In this document: one piece after another, positions 18,339 to 28,075 of the stretch
Position numbering within the stretch: position 1 is the first letter of the stretch
How the letters are laid out: every line of letters starts with the position of its first letter
Source of the DNA: Phycisphaerae bacterium
Lineage (GTDB): Bacteria; Planctomycetota; Phycisphaerae; UBA1845
Assembly (NCBI GenBank): GCA_035344155.1
Contig: DAORAL010000010.1
Location: forward strand, 24,118-88,117
Reading direction: 5' to 3'
Length of the DNA: 64,000 nt
Position numbers and translations under genes: made by a program
The notes under the pieces: model-generated
What the model saw: the letters and a program-made list of their open reading frames with translations, nothing else
Database searches by the model: none
Told to the model about the DNA's origin: nothing

Positions 18339-20048
18339 ATGTCATACTTGCTCGAAATCGTAGGTCGCGGTTTGTTGGCTGAGTTGGCCGCAGCGTTTCG
18401 CGGTACGTTCGTCGACGACGGCGTCATCGAAACGGCCACGCTCAAGCAGTTGGCCAAGCTCCACCCCACCGACATTCAACACCTGAACCGATTCGGCGTG
18501 CGCCTGCTGCGCGAAAACCTCGCGGTCGAAGCGTGCGTGACATTCGAACAATCACTCGATCAGGACCACGACGACATCACGGCTCTTCTCGGCTTGGCGT
18601 GCGCGTATGACGAAGTCAATCGCCTGCCCGACGCCATCGAAACGTTGCGCGACGCGGTCGCGCTTCAGCCGCACGAGTCGGCAATCGTTTTTGCACTGGG
18701 ATTCTGCGTTGAAAAGTCGGGCGACATCGAAGAAGCGCGCTCGCTATACCTTCAGGCAGCCGACCTGGCGCCGGAACTTCGCAACGCCCACGAACGCCTC
18801 GGCGCGATCTACCTGCGACTCGGCAACCTCGATGAGGCCATCGACCACTACGAGCAACTGTGCTTCGCCGAACCGGGTGACATCAGCCTGTCGCTGGCGC
18901 TCGCCAATTTGCACATGACCGCGGGCAACTATCCCGAAGCCATCCAGCGCTATCAGTACGCACTCACCATCGACCCCGACAACTGGGAAGCGGCTGACGA
19001 AATCGTGCAGGCATACGAGCAATCGGGGCAGTACGACGAAGCGATCCTTCATCTGCAAAAACTCATCGCAGACCAGCCGGGCTTCGCCGATCACCACGTG
19101 CAACTTGGCGACATCTACGCGAAAAAAGGCGACTCGGCGCGGGCGATGGTTCAGTACCGACAAGCCGTCAAGCTGAATCCCGACTACCTCGAAGCGTTCG
19201 TCAAGATCGGTACGCTGCACTTGCGCGCAGGGAATCATCTCGAATCCGCGAAGGCGTTCAACGATGCCGTTGAATTGAACGACCGCCTGCTGACTGCGTA
19301 CGTCGGACTGGGCGTCGCTCAATTGCAAAACGGCGACCCCGAAGAAGCACAAGCCACCTTTGAGATGGCCTCCGGAGTTGAGCCCAATAGCACGATGCTC
19401 TTTGGCGAGATCGCCCGCCTGCAACTCAAGGCGTCGATCGGCAACCAAATCAAGAAACATCTCGGCTCCGAGCAAGCCGCACAGATCGAAAGCGAATCTC
19501 AAGAGAGAGAAGCACAGCAAAGCGAAGCGTCGATCGACCTCGTCAGGCATCAGGTGCAACGCTACGAGAAGGCCATCGAGCGCCACCCGACATACGCCGA
19601 CCTGCACTATCGACTTGGCTTGCTCTTGCGTCATCAGGGCCGGCGCGAGGAAGCGATCAACGCATTCCACCGCGCACTGCAACTCAACCCCAACTACGTG
19701 AAGGCGTATATCAAGCTCGGTCTTGCGTACCGAGAAGCCGGCAAGAACGACACGGCCATCGACACCTTCAAGCGGGCGCTCGCGCTCGATACCCGAGCCG
19801 TCGAAGTGTACTACGAGTTGGGATTGATCTTCGCCGACTGTCAGAACTTCTCGCTCGCGGTCGAATACTTCGAGCAAGCCGTCCGCTGCGAACCCAACAA
19901 CGTCGAGTTCCGCGCCAACCTCGCCCTCGCCCTGCAGGACATGGGCCTGCTCGACCGAGCCACCGCAGCATGGCAATCCCTAGCCGAAATCGCCCCCGAC
20001 ACCCAAAAAGGCCGCGACATCCTCGTCGAAATCAGCAAGAAGCGGTAA
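18339..20048 (+). CDS. TPR repeat protein (large)
   Basis: More than 10 TPR units (e.g. AIDHYEQLCFAEPGD, AMVQYRQAVKLNPDYLEAF). The upstream part of ORF 18156 is Arg-rich, overlaps the previous gene and was trimmed to ATG 18339. Confidence 0.75.
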   Translation: MSYLLEIVGRGLLAELAAAFRGTFVDDGVIETATLKQLAKLHPTDIQHLNRFGVRLLRENLAVEACVTFEQSLDQDHDDITALLGLACAYDEVNRLPDAIETLRDAVALQPHESAIVFALGFCVEKSGDIEEARSLYLQAADLAPELRNAHERLGAIYLRLGNLDEAIDHYEQLCFAEPGDISLSLALANLHMTAGNYPEAIQRYQYALTIDPDNWEAADEIVQAYEQSGQYDEAILHLQKLIADQPGFADHHVQLGDIYAKKGDSARAMVQYRQAVKLNPDYLEAFVKIGTLHLRAGNHLESAKAFNDAVELNDRLLTAYVGLGVAQLQNGDPEEAQATFEMASGVEPNSTMLFGEIARLQLKASIGNQIKKHLGSEQAAQIESESQEREAQQSEASIDLVRHQVQRYEKAIERHPTYADLHYRLGLLLRHQGRREEAINAFHRALQLNPNYVKAYIKLGLAYREAGKNDTAIDTFKRALALDTRAVEVYYELGLIFADCQNFSLAVEYFEQAVRCEPNNVEFRANLALALQDMGLLDRATAAWQSLAEIAPDTQKGRDILVEISKKR

Positions 20049-20053
20049 AGGCC

Positions 20054-20080
20054 GTCATTCCCACGCACGCGGGAATCCAA
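20054..20080. repeat. REP-like core, copy C (GTCATTCCCACGCACGCGGGAATCCAA; one stem mismatch)
   Basis: Same core as at 4796, 8268 and 34364. Starts 6 nt after the stop of the TPR gene. Confidence 0.5.
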
Positions 20081-20174
20081 GCGGAAATCGCCCTGAGACC
20101 TGAAAACCAGCTTGCTTTGTACGGCATATTGCCGTATACTACAGACAATCGGTATTGAATACGGAGCCGCAGTC

Positions 20175-20465
20175 GTGATCAAACAGACCAAAACAAAGAA
20201 GTCCGCACGACTCGAAGCGCGCCTGCCCCAAAATGTGTACGCACTCCTGCAGCGGGCGGCGGAAGTTGAGGGACGAAGCATTTCTGATTTCGTCGTGTCA
20301 GCCGCCAAGGAAGCAGCCGAGCGCACGATCGCGCAACGCGAATTGATGCAACCGACCCTCGAAGATCAAATGCGCTTTGCCGAAGCGCTGCTCGACCCCG
20401 CACCACCCACACCGGCAATGAAGCGAGCGGCGGCTGCGCATAAAGAGCTTATCGACCCATCGTGA
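20175..20465 (+). CDS. DUF1778-family (TacA-like, RHH) antitoxin
   Basis: SARLEARLPQNVYALLQRAAEVEGRSISDFVVSAAKEAAERTI is the typical DUF1778 N-terminus. GTG start with a GGAG 8 nt upstream. The stop overlaps the start of the GNAT gene (GTGA). Confidence 0.8.
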   Translation: MIKQTKTKKSARLEARLPQNVYALLQRAAEVEGRSISDFVVSAAKEAAERTIAQRELMQPTLEDQMRFAEALLDPAPPTPAMKRAAAAHKELIDPS

Positions 20466-21001
20466 ATCGTCCGTTTCGCATTGAATCGCTCACCCAAGAG
20501 CGCGACCGCACCATGTTCAACTGTGGCGTCGAACCACTCAATGATTATTTTCAAGTTCGAGTCGGGCAGGACATGCGCCGCCGCGTCACTGCGTGCTACG
20601 TCGCGATCGACAACGCCACCGATCAAATCGCCGGTTACTACACGCTCGCGGCATTCGGTATCGTGATAACTGAATTGCCGCCAGATCTCGCCAAGAAGCT
20701 GCCGCGCTACCCGACCGTCCCAGCCGTCAAGGTCGGCCGCCTTGCTGTCGACATGAATTACAAAGGCAAGAAATTGGGCGGCGCCATGCTGTTCGATGCC
20801 ATCAGCCGAACCTGTAAATCAGGCATCGCCGCGTACGCATTGGTCGTCGACGCGAAAGATGAAAACGCAGCCGCGTTCTACGAGCACTTCGGATTTCAAC
20901 GTTTCAAAGACGAACCACAAACCCTGTTCATTCCGATTGGCTCCGCGCTGAAGAAACTCGCGGGGAATTGGAGACCCCTAGCGCAAACAACGGCCTCTTA
21001 A
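20462..21001 (+). CDS. GNAT-family acetyltransferase toxin (TacT/AtaT-like)
   Basis: FNCGVEPLNDYFQ..., YYTLAAFGI, VGRLAVDMNYKGKKLGGAML (acetyl-CoA loop), FYEHFGFQRF. Architecture and coupling match DUF1778-GNAT TA modules. Confidence 0.8.
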   Translation: MNRPFRIESLTQERDRTMFNCGVEPLNDYFQVRVGQDMRRRVTACYVAIDNATDQIAGYYTLAAFGIVITELPPDLAKKLPRYPTVPAVKVGRLAVDMNYKGKKLGGAMLFDAISRTCKSGIAAYALVVDAKDENAAAFYEHFGFQRFKDEPQTLFIPIGSALKKLAGNWRPLAQTTAS

Positions 21002-21867
21002 CGATCGGCGTAACCCTCCTGCCCAACAGTCCAATCTGCAGGGACGAAGCGCCGGCCATACTTCGCCCGAACTTGACTGTAAATGTATTCGACAGCGATT
21101 TGCGCTCCAAGTCGGCGATCGCCGTAAACGCATCCTTTGACTTGACCGGCGTTTTGCTCGAAGTACGGGTCACCGTAAACCGCTTGAACTTGTTCTGGAG
21201 TCATCCCCCATTGAATATTCGCGGGCGCCAACTTTGCTTTGAGGTGCTGTCTTTCCTTATCGCGCTCCTTGGTTTTGATGTGGTCGTCGATTCCGTAGAT
21301 TAAAAGCGGCGGCGCAATAACTGACGCAGCGATTGCCGGAATCAGGACATTGGGAATTGCATCAGGGCGTCCCGGATGTCGCTCTTTTGCGAATTCGACG
21401 AGTTGATCGCCGATGAGCGTGTCGCAGTTGAGAATATGCACCAGACGGTTTCTCGGATTCGCCGGGTCCAGCTTGCTTGAACTGGGCCGGTCTTTTCCGG
21501 TGATCTTGACCCTTTCTCCCCATTGCACGGGAGAAACCTGCCGCAGCTTTCCATCGCGAAAGATCATGAACACGCGGCCATTGGTCGAACCGATCGCGTA
21601 TTCCAAACCAAGCAATTCTCCCCTGTCCGATTGAGCCTGAAACCCAAACTCGCCAGCCGCGCCGGTCATCGCGTGAATTTCATCAACCGAATCGCCAAGT
21701 TGAATCCGCCCCGCGTCCTCGATGGAAATGAACAGATCAGGATCGAGCTTCTGCACGCAGCCGTGCGCGCACAGAACCGAAAACACAAAGAGGACACTTC
21801 GCATGACCATTGCATTGCTGCCAGTCATGAGAAGTGTCCTCCGATGTTGCGAGCGCCCAAATGGCAC
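20998..21867 (-). CDS. Hypothetical secreted protein/lipoprotein
   Basis: Signal-like MVMRSVLFVFSVLCAHGC. No recognisable domain. Exact start uncertain. Confidence 0.4.
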   Translation of the reverse strand: MPFGRSQHRRTLLMTGSNAMVMRSVLFVFSVLCAHGCVQKLDPDLFISIEDAGRIQLGDSVDEIHAMTGAAGEFGFQAQSDRGELLGLEYAIGSTNGRVFMIFRDGKLRQVSPVQWGERVKITGKDRPSSSKLDPANPRNRLVHILNCDTLIGDQLVEFAKERHPGRPDAIPNVLIPAIAASVIAPPLLIYGIDDHIKTKERDKERQHLKAKLAPANIQWGMTPEQVQAVYGDPYFEQNAGQVKGCVYGDRRLGAQIAVEYIYSQVRAKYGRRFVPADWTVGQEGYADR

Positions 21868-21896
21868 TCTTAATCAACTATCCAAATGCATGCGAC

Positions 21897-24800
21897 CTAC
21901 GGGCCGGCGAGGAACGATGACAGCACCGCCCAGTCGGCGAGGTCGATGTCTTCGTTCGGCAGCGCCAGGTTACCGCAACTGCATTCCGGCTGCTGACCCT
22001 TTCCAGCGCCGAAGCACTGCGTGAACGCCGAAAGGTCGACGAGGTCCCAGTCACCGTCGGCATCGTAGTCGCCCGGCGTCAGGCACGCGGTCGTGTTGAT
22101 GCCCCAGATCTCGATGTCGTCGATGTTCCAGCCGTGGTACGTCACCGAGGTATCGGTCGTACCCATCGTCCAGCGAATCAGCACGTTGGGCTGACCGTCG
22201 GCGACGGCTGAGATGTCATACGTCTGGAGCGACCAGGCACTTTCATTGAGCGACGGACCGGTGTGATTCCAGATCGTCGTCCAGTTCGAACCGTCATTCG
22301 AGATTTCCACCTTGGCGTGGTCGTAAGTCGCCGACTCAACACCGAGCCACCGCTGGAATCGAAGTTCGGCTTCTGCGACGTTGGTGCAATCAATCGGCGT
22401 CGTCGTCAAACGCTCCTCGCTCATGTTGTTGGTGTATTCACCGTTGAGGTTGAACCCATAGACGTTGATACCCGTGAAACCGCCAGCCGGGTCGCCATCG
22501 ATCGCCTGCGGTTTGCCATAGGCCCACATGTCTTCGGTCGTCCAACCGGGATTCGTATCGAGCGGCCAGAAGTAAATCTGCCCCGGCCCACCGACGAGAA
22601 TATCCACCGTCGCGGTCGTCGAATCGCCGCCATCCGGCGCAATGCCGCCGTCATTGGCTTTGAACGTGAACGAATCCAACCCGGAGTAACCCGGATCGGG
22701 CGTGTATTCCAACTGGGTTCCACCGCCCACCATCGTATACGGCAGGTCGCCGGGAACGATGACGTGGTTGTCACCGTTGTCGCGAAGGTCGCCTTGCGGC
22801 AACGTCAAAATGATCGTGGCCACCGCGCCGGGAACTTCGGGCAGACCGTCGTCGTCGACTTCCAGGTCAATGGTCAGCGGTGTGTTCTGCGCGGTCTGCA
22901 ACGATGCACTCGACGCAAACGGCGGACGCGGTCCGCATGATCCAACACCCGACAGGTCCGTCGCAAGGAAGTCCGGATCGAGTCCAGCACCAGCCGACAA
23001 ACCCGCAATCGCATCGGCGATATCCACCTGCAGGTAGCTCAACGTGATGCGGCCGTCGTAGAACATTTCAATCTGGAACGTGTTCGAGTTCGACGTCGAA
23101 ATCTCCGACACGTCGTCATACGTCACCACCGCACGGTCGGGCAGCGACTTGTAGCTGATCGTACCGCCGATCGTCGGATTGATGTCATCCCAGACCGCCG
23201 AAATGCGCGGCTCGCCAAAGTGCTCTTCAAACGTCTCCGTGTAATCACTGTCCGACGCATCGAACGTCAGGTTACCGTTGGCGTTGATATACACCGTGTT
23301 GTGCGCCGTACCGTAAAGCAAGATCGGTTGCGCCGGCGCGAACGATGAGTTGCCGTCGTCCGAAAGCGAAACGCTCGTACCGCCAGCCGGATCCGTCGGT
23401 AGCGACACGATCGACTCGATACACGCATCGTAGAAATCATTCGAACCATTTGGCGTGAATGTGATCTTGCTGTTCTGGATGTCCAGGCCAGCCGCAAACT
23501 GCTCGGTGAAGAAGTCCGGAACTTCAGGCGTCGTGAAGCTGTAGCACGCACTGCCGTTGTCGTCGGTGGCGCTGTTACCGGCTTCATCCGATGCGGACAC
23601 GCTGAAGAAGTACGTCGTATCATCCGTCAAACCAGTCAAACCGAACGCATGCGCCGTCGCCAGTCCGCCGCCAACCGATTCAGTCAGCGCCCCACAAGAC
23701 AGGCCATAGTTGACCGTACCGAAGCTTGACTCATCCGTATCAAACGAAAGCGCCGCGTCACGCGGATTCACCGTACCCACCTGCACATTGCTGATCACCG
23801 GCGGCGTGCAGTCCACGACAGCCACATCGGTCACCACAACGTTCACACCGCCATCACCGTCATCGGCATCGATGTAGGTCAGCGTCACCGTATCGCCAGC
23901 CGTCACCTGAATCACGCCGGCTCCATCCACCGTGCTGAATCCGATCGTCGCCACGAATGCGGCACTAGCCCCCGCCGTCTCGGTGAGAATCACCGTCTCA
24001 CCCGTCGGTTCGGTGCTCGATGCCACTTCGACGCTGACAGTTTCGATGACGAGATCATCCGTATTAAGTCCGCAGTCGATCACCGTCAGGATGCCTTCGC
24101 TTTCGCAGGCGTACTTCGTCCGATCCAAACGCGCCAGTCCCGCATCGCTGCAATTGACCAGCACCGGGTTGGCTGCCACCGAGAACGGCTGAGGTCCTTG
24201 CGGCACGTTGAAACCAACGACATCGACGCGCCAGGCGCCGGCCATCGGCGTCCCAACAGTCACCTGCTCAATATTGTTGACATGGTCTTCGGCATTTTGA
24301 ACCGCGGGCGTCGCCGGGCTGGCCGGGTTCAGCGTCCACGGGAAGTGGCGAACGCCATTGGGATCGTACACCTGCAAATCCAGGTCGTTGACGAGAACCG
24401 GATTGACGTTGGGCGTACCGGGCACGTCGTCCCACGCCAGCGTCACGCGCAGCTCGGGATCGCCGGGGCTCACCACGATCACCAGCGAGTAAGTGTCACC
24501 TTGTGACACAGTCTCCTCGACGAAGTTCTCCGCACGCACCAGGTTGATCGCCGGTTCAATACGCACCGAACCATAACCCGTCTTGTAGTCGGGTCCGACC
24601 TGCTCAATATCGACAGCCGTGTTCGCGAAGATCGCCTTCAGCGTCGAGTTGCGGAAGTCCGGTTCACCCGGGAACTGGGCGCGATAGTCCTGCAAGAGCA
24701 ACGCGCTCAGACCGGCGATCGTCGGCGACGCCATCGACGTTCCGCACTTACCGGTATATCCGCCCGAACTGCTCGTCGAGGTCACGTCAAAGTCGTCGTT

Positions 24801-26234
24801 GGACTGACATCCCGGTCCCGCGATGTCCGGCTTGAGTCGGCCGTCATCGACCGGTCCCCAACTGGTGAAACTTGTCACCGAGTCGTCGTTTGAATTCAAC
24901 GCACCAACGGTGATGTGGTTTTTCGCACCAGCCGGCGGAGCGGTCGTGTTGTACAAATCACCGCAGCGTGTGGTCTGACGCTCGTTACCGTTCGCCCAGA
25001 CAATTCGCATGGGGTTGCCAAGGCTGCCGCGTGCAATCGCGTCGATCAATGCGCCGCACACGCCATAGTCACCGGTCCACTCGCACGGATAACCGTTCGG
25101 AGCCGTATTCGTTCCGATCGAGTTGTTCGAGATGTCCGCACCGAAGGTGTTGATCGCTTCGTTGTAGTCGGCTTCGAGGTCGCCCGGATCGGTGTAAAGG
25201 AAACCGGGGCTGAGTCCGCCCGGCTGCTCGAATCCGTATGATTCGATGGTCACCGCGGGGGCCATCCCGCGATACAACCCACTGCTGCCCGCACCGTTTC
25301 CACCGATGGTGCCGGCCACGTGCGTGGAGTGGTCCGAAACGCCGGAGCTGTCACGAACCGTTGCCCGGCCGCCGAAGTCCGGGTGCGAAGCCAACACCTC
25401 GCCACCGTCGTAAACCAGCACGCTGACGCCCGAACCATCGAGGTTGTAGGGAGCCGCTTGCACGATGTCCGCACCAGTGATGGCGCGGTTGCTGTTGTTC
25501 ATCTCGCTGAACTGCGGGAGGGGCGGTTCCATGTACTGCACCGCATCTTCATCAGCCAGCGCCTTGAGATTCTTCGCCGGCATTTCCACGACGAAGCCGT
25601 TGATCGAACGCATGTATGACTGCACTCTGCCGCCATGGCTGCGAACCGTTTCGAGTCCGACCGTATCGAGCTTGATGTCCGGATGGAACAGGACGTAAAC
25701 CGCCACGACCATCTCGCGGTTGTCGTTGATCAGACGCGGGCTTTCCTCCTCCATCGGGTCTTTCGCACGCGGCGTCTTGGCGCCGTCGACGATCGCCCAC
25801 TCGAAAACCTCGTCACGAATGATTGAAGGGTGAAGCTTCCAATCGCGCTCGATCGCCATCGATGCCCGAAGCGACGAAACCGCGCGAAGCGCATCCTGAT
25901 TCACGCCTGCATCGTCAAACGCCGCGAAGTACGCGTTGTCGCCAACGTAGTTCAACAGCGACACGCCAGCCGCACTGAGCTTCGCACGCTGAGCGTCGGA
26001 CAGCGGACCGTCAAACTGAACCACCACGTGCTTCTGCGCGGCGCGGTTTCCGGCTAAGACACTTAAGTCCGTCGCGGCTTCCTGCGCCGTCTTGAGCGTG
26101 GTCATCACCTCGCCCGATCGCCAACGGATCTTCGACGTGTCGTGACCCGCAACCTGTGCAAACACTGGTGACGCAACGACCACCAGGCAAAGCGCAGCCG
26201 CACCGGCGCGCACGATCCCTGCAATTTTTTTCAT
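21897..26234 (-). CDS. Giant secreted subtilisin-family (S8) serine protease with multiple accessory domains and a dockerin-like C-terminal tail
   Basis: Catalytic triad contexts VLVYDGGEV (D), HSTHVAGTIGG (H), GTSMASPTIAGLSALL (S). N-terminal signal MKKIAGIVRAGAAALCLVVVASPVFAQ. FN3-like and MAM/LamG-like segments. C-terminal DYDADGDWDLVDLSAF...DIDLADWA. Confidence 0.85.
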   Translation of the reverse strand: MKKIAGIVRAGAAALCLVVVASPVFAQVAGHDTSKIRWRSGEVMTTLKTAQEAATDLSVLAGNRAAQKHVVVQFDGPLSDAQRAKLSAAGVSLLNYVGDNAYFAAFDDAGVNQDALRAVSSLRASMAIERDWKLHPSIIRDEVFEWAIVDGAKTPRAKDPMEEESPRLINDNREMVVAVYVLFHPDIKLDTVGLETVRSHGGRVQSYMRSINGFVVEMPAKNLKALADEDAVQYMEPPLPQFSEMNNSNRAITGADIVQAAPYNLDGSGVSVLVYDGGEVLASHPDFGGRATVRDSSGVSDHSTHVAGTIGGNGAGSSGLYRGMAPAVTIESYGFEQPGGLSPGFLYTDPGDLEADYNEAINTFGADISNNSIGTNTAPNGYPCEWTGDYGVCGALIDAIARGSLGNPMRIVWANGNERQTTRCGDLYNTTAPPAGAKNHITVGALNSNDDSVTSFTSWGPVDDGRLKPDIAGPGCQSNDDFDVTSTSSSGGYTGKCGTSMASPTIAGLSALLLQDYRAQFPGEPDFRNSTLKAIFANTAVDIEQVGPDYKTGYGSVRIEPAINLVRAENFVEETVSQGDTYSLVIVVSPGDPELRVTLAWDDVPGTPNVNPVLVNDLDLQVYDPNGVRHFPWTLNPASPATPAVQNAEDHVNNIEQVTVGTPMAGAWRVDVVGFNVPQGPQPFSVAANPVLVNCSDAGLARLDRTKYACESEGILTVIDCGLNTDDLVIETVSVEVASSTEPTGETVILTETAGASAAFVATIGFSTVDGAGVIQVTAGDTVTLTYIDADDGDGGVNVVVTDVAVVDCTPPVISNVQVGTVNPRDAALSFDTDESSFGTVNYGLSCGALTESVGGGLATAHAFGLTGLTDDTTYFFSVSASDEAGNSATDDNGSACYSFTTPEVPDFFTEQFAAGLDIQNSKITFTPNGSNDFYDACIESIVSLPTDPAGGTSVSLSDDGNSSFAPAQPILLYGTAHNTVYINANGNLTFDASDSDYTETFEEHFGEPRISAVWDDINPTIGGTISYKSLPDRAVVTYDDVSEISTSNSNTFQIEMFYDGRITLSYLQVDIADAIAGLSAGAGLDPDFLATDLSGVGSCGPRPPFASSASLQTAQNTPLTIDLEVDDDGLPEVPGAVATIILTLPQGDLRDNGDNHVIVPGDLPYTMVGGGTQLEYTPDPGYSGLDSFTFKANDGGIAPDGGDSTTATVDILVGGPGQIYFWPLDTNPGWTTEDMWAYGKPQAIDGDPAGGFTGINVYGFNLNGEYTNNMSEERLTTTPIDCTNVAEAELRFQRWLGVESATYDHAKVEISNDGSNWTTIWNHTGPSLNESAWSLQTYDISAVADGQPNVLIRWTMGTTDTSVTYHGWNIDDIEIWGINTTACLTPGDYDADGDWDLVDLSAFTQCFGAGKGQQPECSCGNLALPNEDIDLADWAVLSSFLAGP

Positions 26235-26529
26235 GAACATAACCGAGAGTATCCTCCAGACCGCCAAGCGGTACACCCCAAACGGAATGCAAGCGTGAAA
26301 ATGAATGACCACCACAGCGAGATGAAATCAGACGGTGCGCAAACGAGCGTCCAAAACGAGACCGCCCCTGTGCCCGGGAAATTGCATCGCGCAAAGCTCG
26401 ATGATACCGACCAAGCGCAACAGGAATCAAACGCCTTGTTGATGAATTGTGTGTCGAACTTGTTTCCAGCGAGACGTGCAGAACGAAAAAGTGAGCGAAG
26501 TGGACGTTGCTGTCGTTCACAATGAAGAC

Positions 26530-26601
26530 AGCCGAGAAAGGGATTTGAACCCTCAACCTCAGCTTTACGAAAGCTGTGCTCTACCGTTGAGCTATCTCGG
26601 C
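26530..26601 (-). tRNA. tRNA-Thr (anticodon CGU), no encoded CCA
   Basis: Minus-strand read: GCCGAGA TA GCTC AACGGTA GAGC A CAGCT TTCGTAA AGCTG AGGTT GAGGG TTCAAAT CCCTT TCTCGGC T. This gives a full cloverleaf of 72 nt. Confidence 0.9.
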
Positions 26602-26750
26602 GTAACGTCCTTGGCCACCCCGCGTTTTGCAAAACCCGCGCGGGCGGAATCTTTCGGACGGTTTCAATTATCGCATCCCACAAGCCGGTGTCAAAGTCGC
26701 TTGTCAATTGCCATTCGCCAAGTCGACAATGTGCGATAACATCGCGACTT

Positions 26751-27626
26751 ATGGACACCCTGATCGTCATCCTCATCGGCTTTGTAGCCGGCATCCTCGG
26801 CGGTTTGCTCGGGATCGGCGGAAGCATCGTCATGATCCCCGCCCTCACCGAAGCCCTCGGACCACGCCCCCACCTCTACCAAGCCGCCGCGATGATCGTC
26901 AACTTCTTCGTCGTCGCGCCCGCCCTCATCCAGCACGCCAAGGTCAAAGCCATCATCTTCCCCATCGTCCGCTCGATGGCCCCGTCGGCTGGCATCGCTG
27001 TTCTCGTCGGCGTCTGGACCAGCGAACTCGACATCTTCCGCGGACACGGGCAAGCCACCCTGATCCTCATGTTCGGCGTGTTCCTCCTCTGGGTGGCCGG
27101 TCGGCAGGTGATGGCAATCTGGTCCAACCCCATCCGCCCTGAAAATCAAGACGCCGATCAGTACCGCAACGGCTGGCGGGCTGCACTCTGGATCGGCGCA
27201 CCGATGGGCTTTATCGCCGGATTGCTGGGCGTCGGCGGCGGGGTGATCTGCGTCCCGTTTCAGGTGCGGTTCCTTAAAGTCCCGCTGCGGCAGGCGATCG
27301 CCAACTCTGCCGCCACCATCCTCGTCCTCAGTCTGATCGGCGCGATCCTCAAGAACGCGGCATTGGTCACCAGCCACCACGACATCCACCTGATCGATTC
27401 ACTGAGGCTGGCTGGCACCTTGATCCCACCCGCGATCGTCGGAAGCATGCTCGGCAGCAGACTCACCCACACGCTCCCGATCAAAATCCTGCGCGTCGCT
27501 CTCGTGCTCATCCTGCTTGCCGCCTCCGCGCGGATGATCGTCATCAGCCGTTCACTTTCAGCAAAGGAAGCCGCCGCAACCCCATCGACCACCGCACAAT
27601 CAAGCGACGTGCCATCCACCGAATAA
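26751..27626 (+). CDS. TauE/SafE-family anion (sulfite-type) exporter membrane protein
   Basis: GFVAGILGGLLGIGGSIVMIPAL and a second GFIAGLLGVGGGVICVPF repeat. About 8 TM helices. Confidence 0.8.
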   Translation: MDTLIVILIGFVAGILGGLLGIGGSIVMIPALTEALGPRPHLYQAAAMIVNFFVVAPALIQHAKVKAIIFPIVRSMAPSAGIAVLVGVWTSELDIFRGHGQATLILMFGVFLLWVAGRQVMAIWSNPIRPENQDADQYRNGWRAALWIGAPMGFIAGLLGVGGGVICVPFQVRFLKVPLRQAIANSAATILVLSLIGAILKNAALVTSHHDIHLIDSLRLAGTLIPPAIVGSMLGSRLTHTLPIKILRVALVLILLAASARMIVISRSLSAKEAAATPSTTAQSSDVPSTE

Positions 27627-27767
27627 GCCTGAATTTACTGCAAAAAATGCGCCGCACCGCTGTGCGCCGGGCATCACCAAACCAACCTCATCCAAGCAAT
27701 TTACGTCGCTGGCCGATAGCGCAGTGAGCCAAACGTTGAAGGCACCGTATTGAAGGAGAAAGACCCC

Positions 27768-27968
27768 ATGATGGCTCGAAACAAGCACCGGTTATTGGTT
27801 CTGATGACAGGCGGATTGCTGACCTTGTCGATGGCAGGCGGATGCGCCCAAGCCGAGGAATTTCGGGCGATCGCTTCAGGGCAGGTGCAGTCCGGCCTGA
27901 CGTCTATTGTGACCGGATTGATTGACGGCTTGTTCGCGGTGATCGAACCCGACGCGACGCCGGAATAA
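27768..27968 (+). CDS. Small lipoprotein (66 aa)
   Basis: GGAG about 9 nt upstream of the ATG. Lipobox LSMAGGC. Short mature peptide. Confidence 0.45.
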   Translation: MMARNKHRLLVLMTGGLLTLSMAGGCAQAEEFRAIASGQVQSGLTSIVTGLIDGLFAVIEPDATPE

Positions 27969-28075
27969 ATCGAACCGCGATTCGATCGAAAAATGCGATT
28001 TTCAAATCCGCGCAGAAAGGGCAGATGCGCCTGCAATTACTGCGCGGTGCGGGTATTGGCCCGGTGGTCGACGAA

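Noticed and set aside
20100-26601. Possible genomic island integrated at tRNA-Thr (TA module, giant protease and lipoprotein lie downstream of the tRNA 3' end).
   Set aside because: No integrase or recombinase, no direct repeat of the tRNA 3' end was spotted, and there is no obvious compositional break. The genes look like ordinary residents.
26231-26848. 205-aa minus-strand ORF spanning the tRNA-Thr gene.
   Set aside because: It runs through a bona fide tRNA and the start of the TauE gene on the opposite strand, and has no coding signature.
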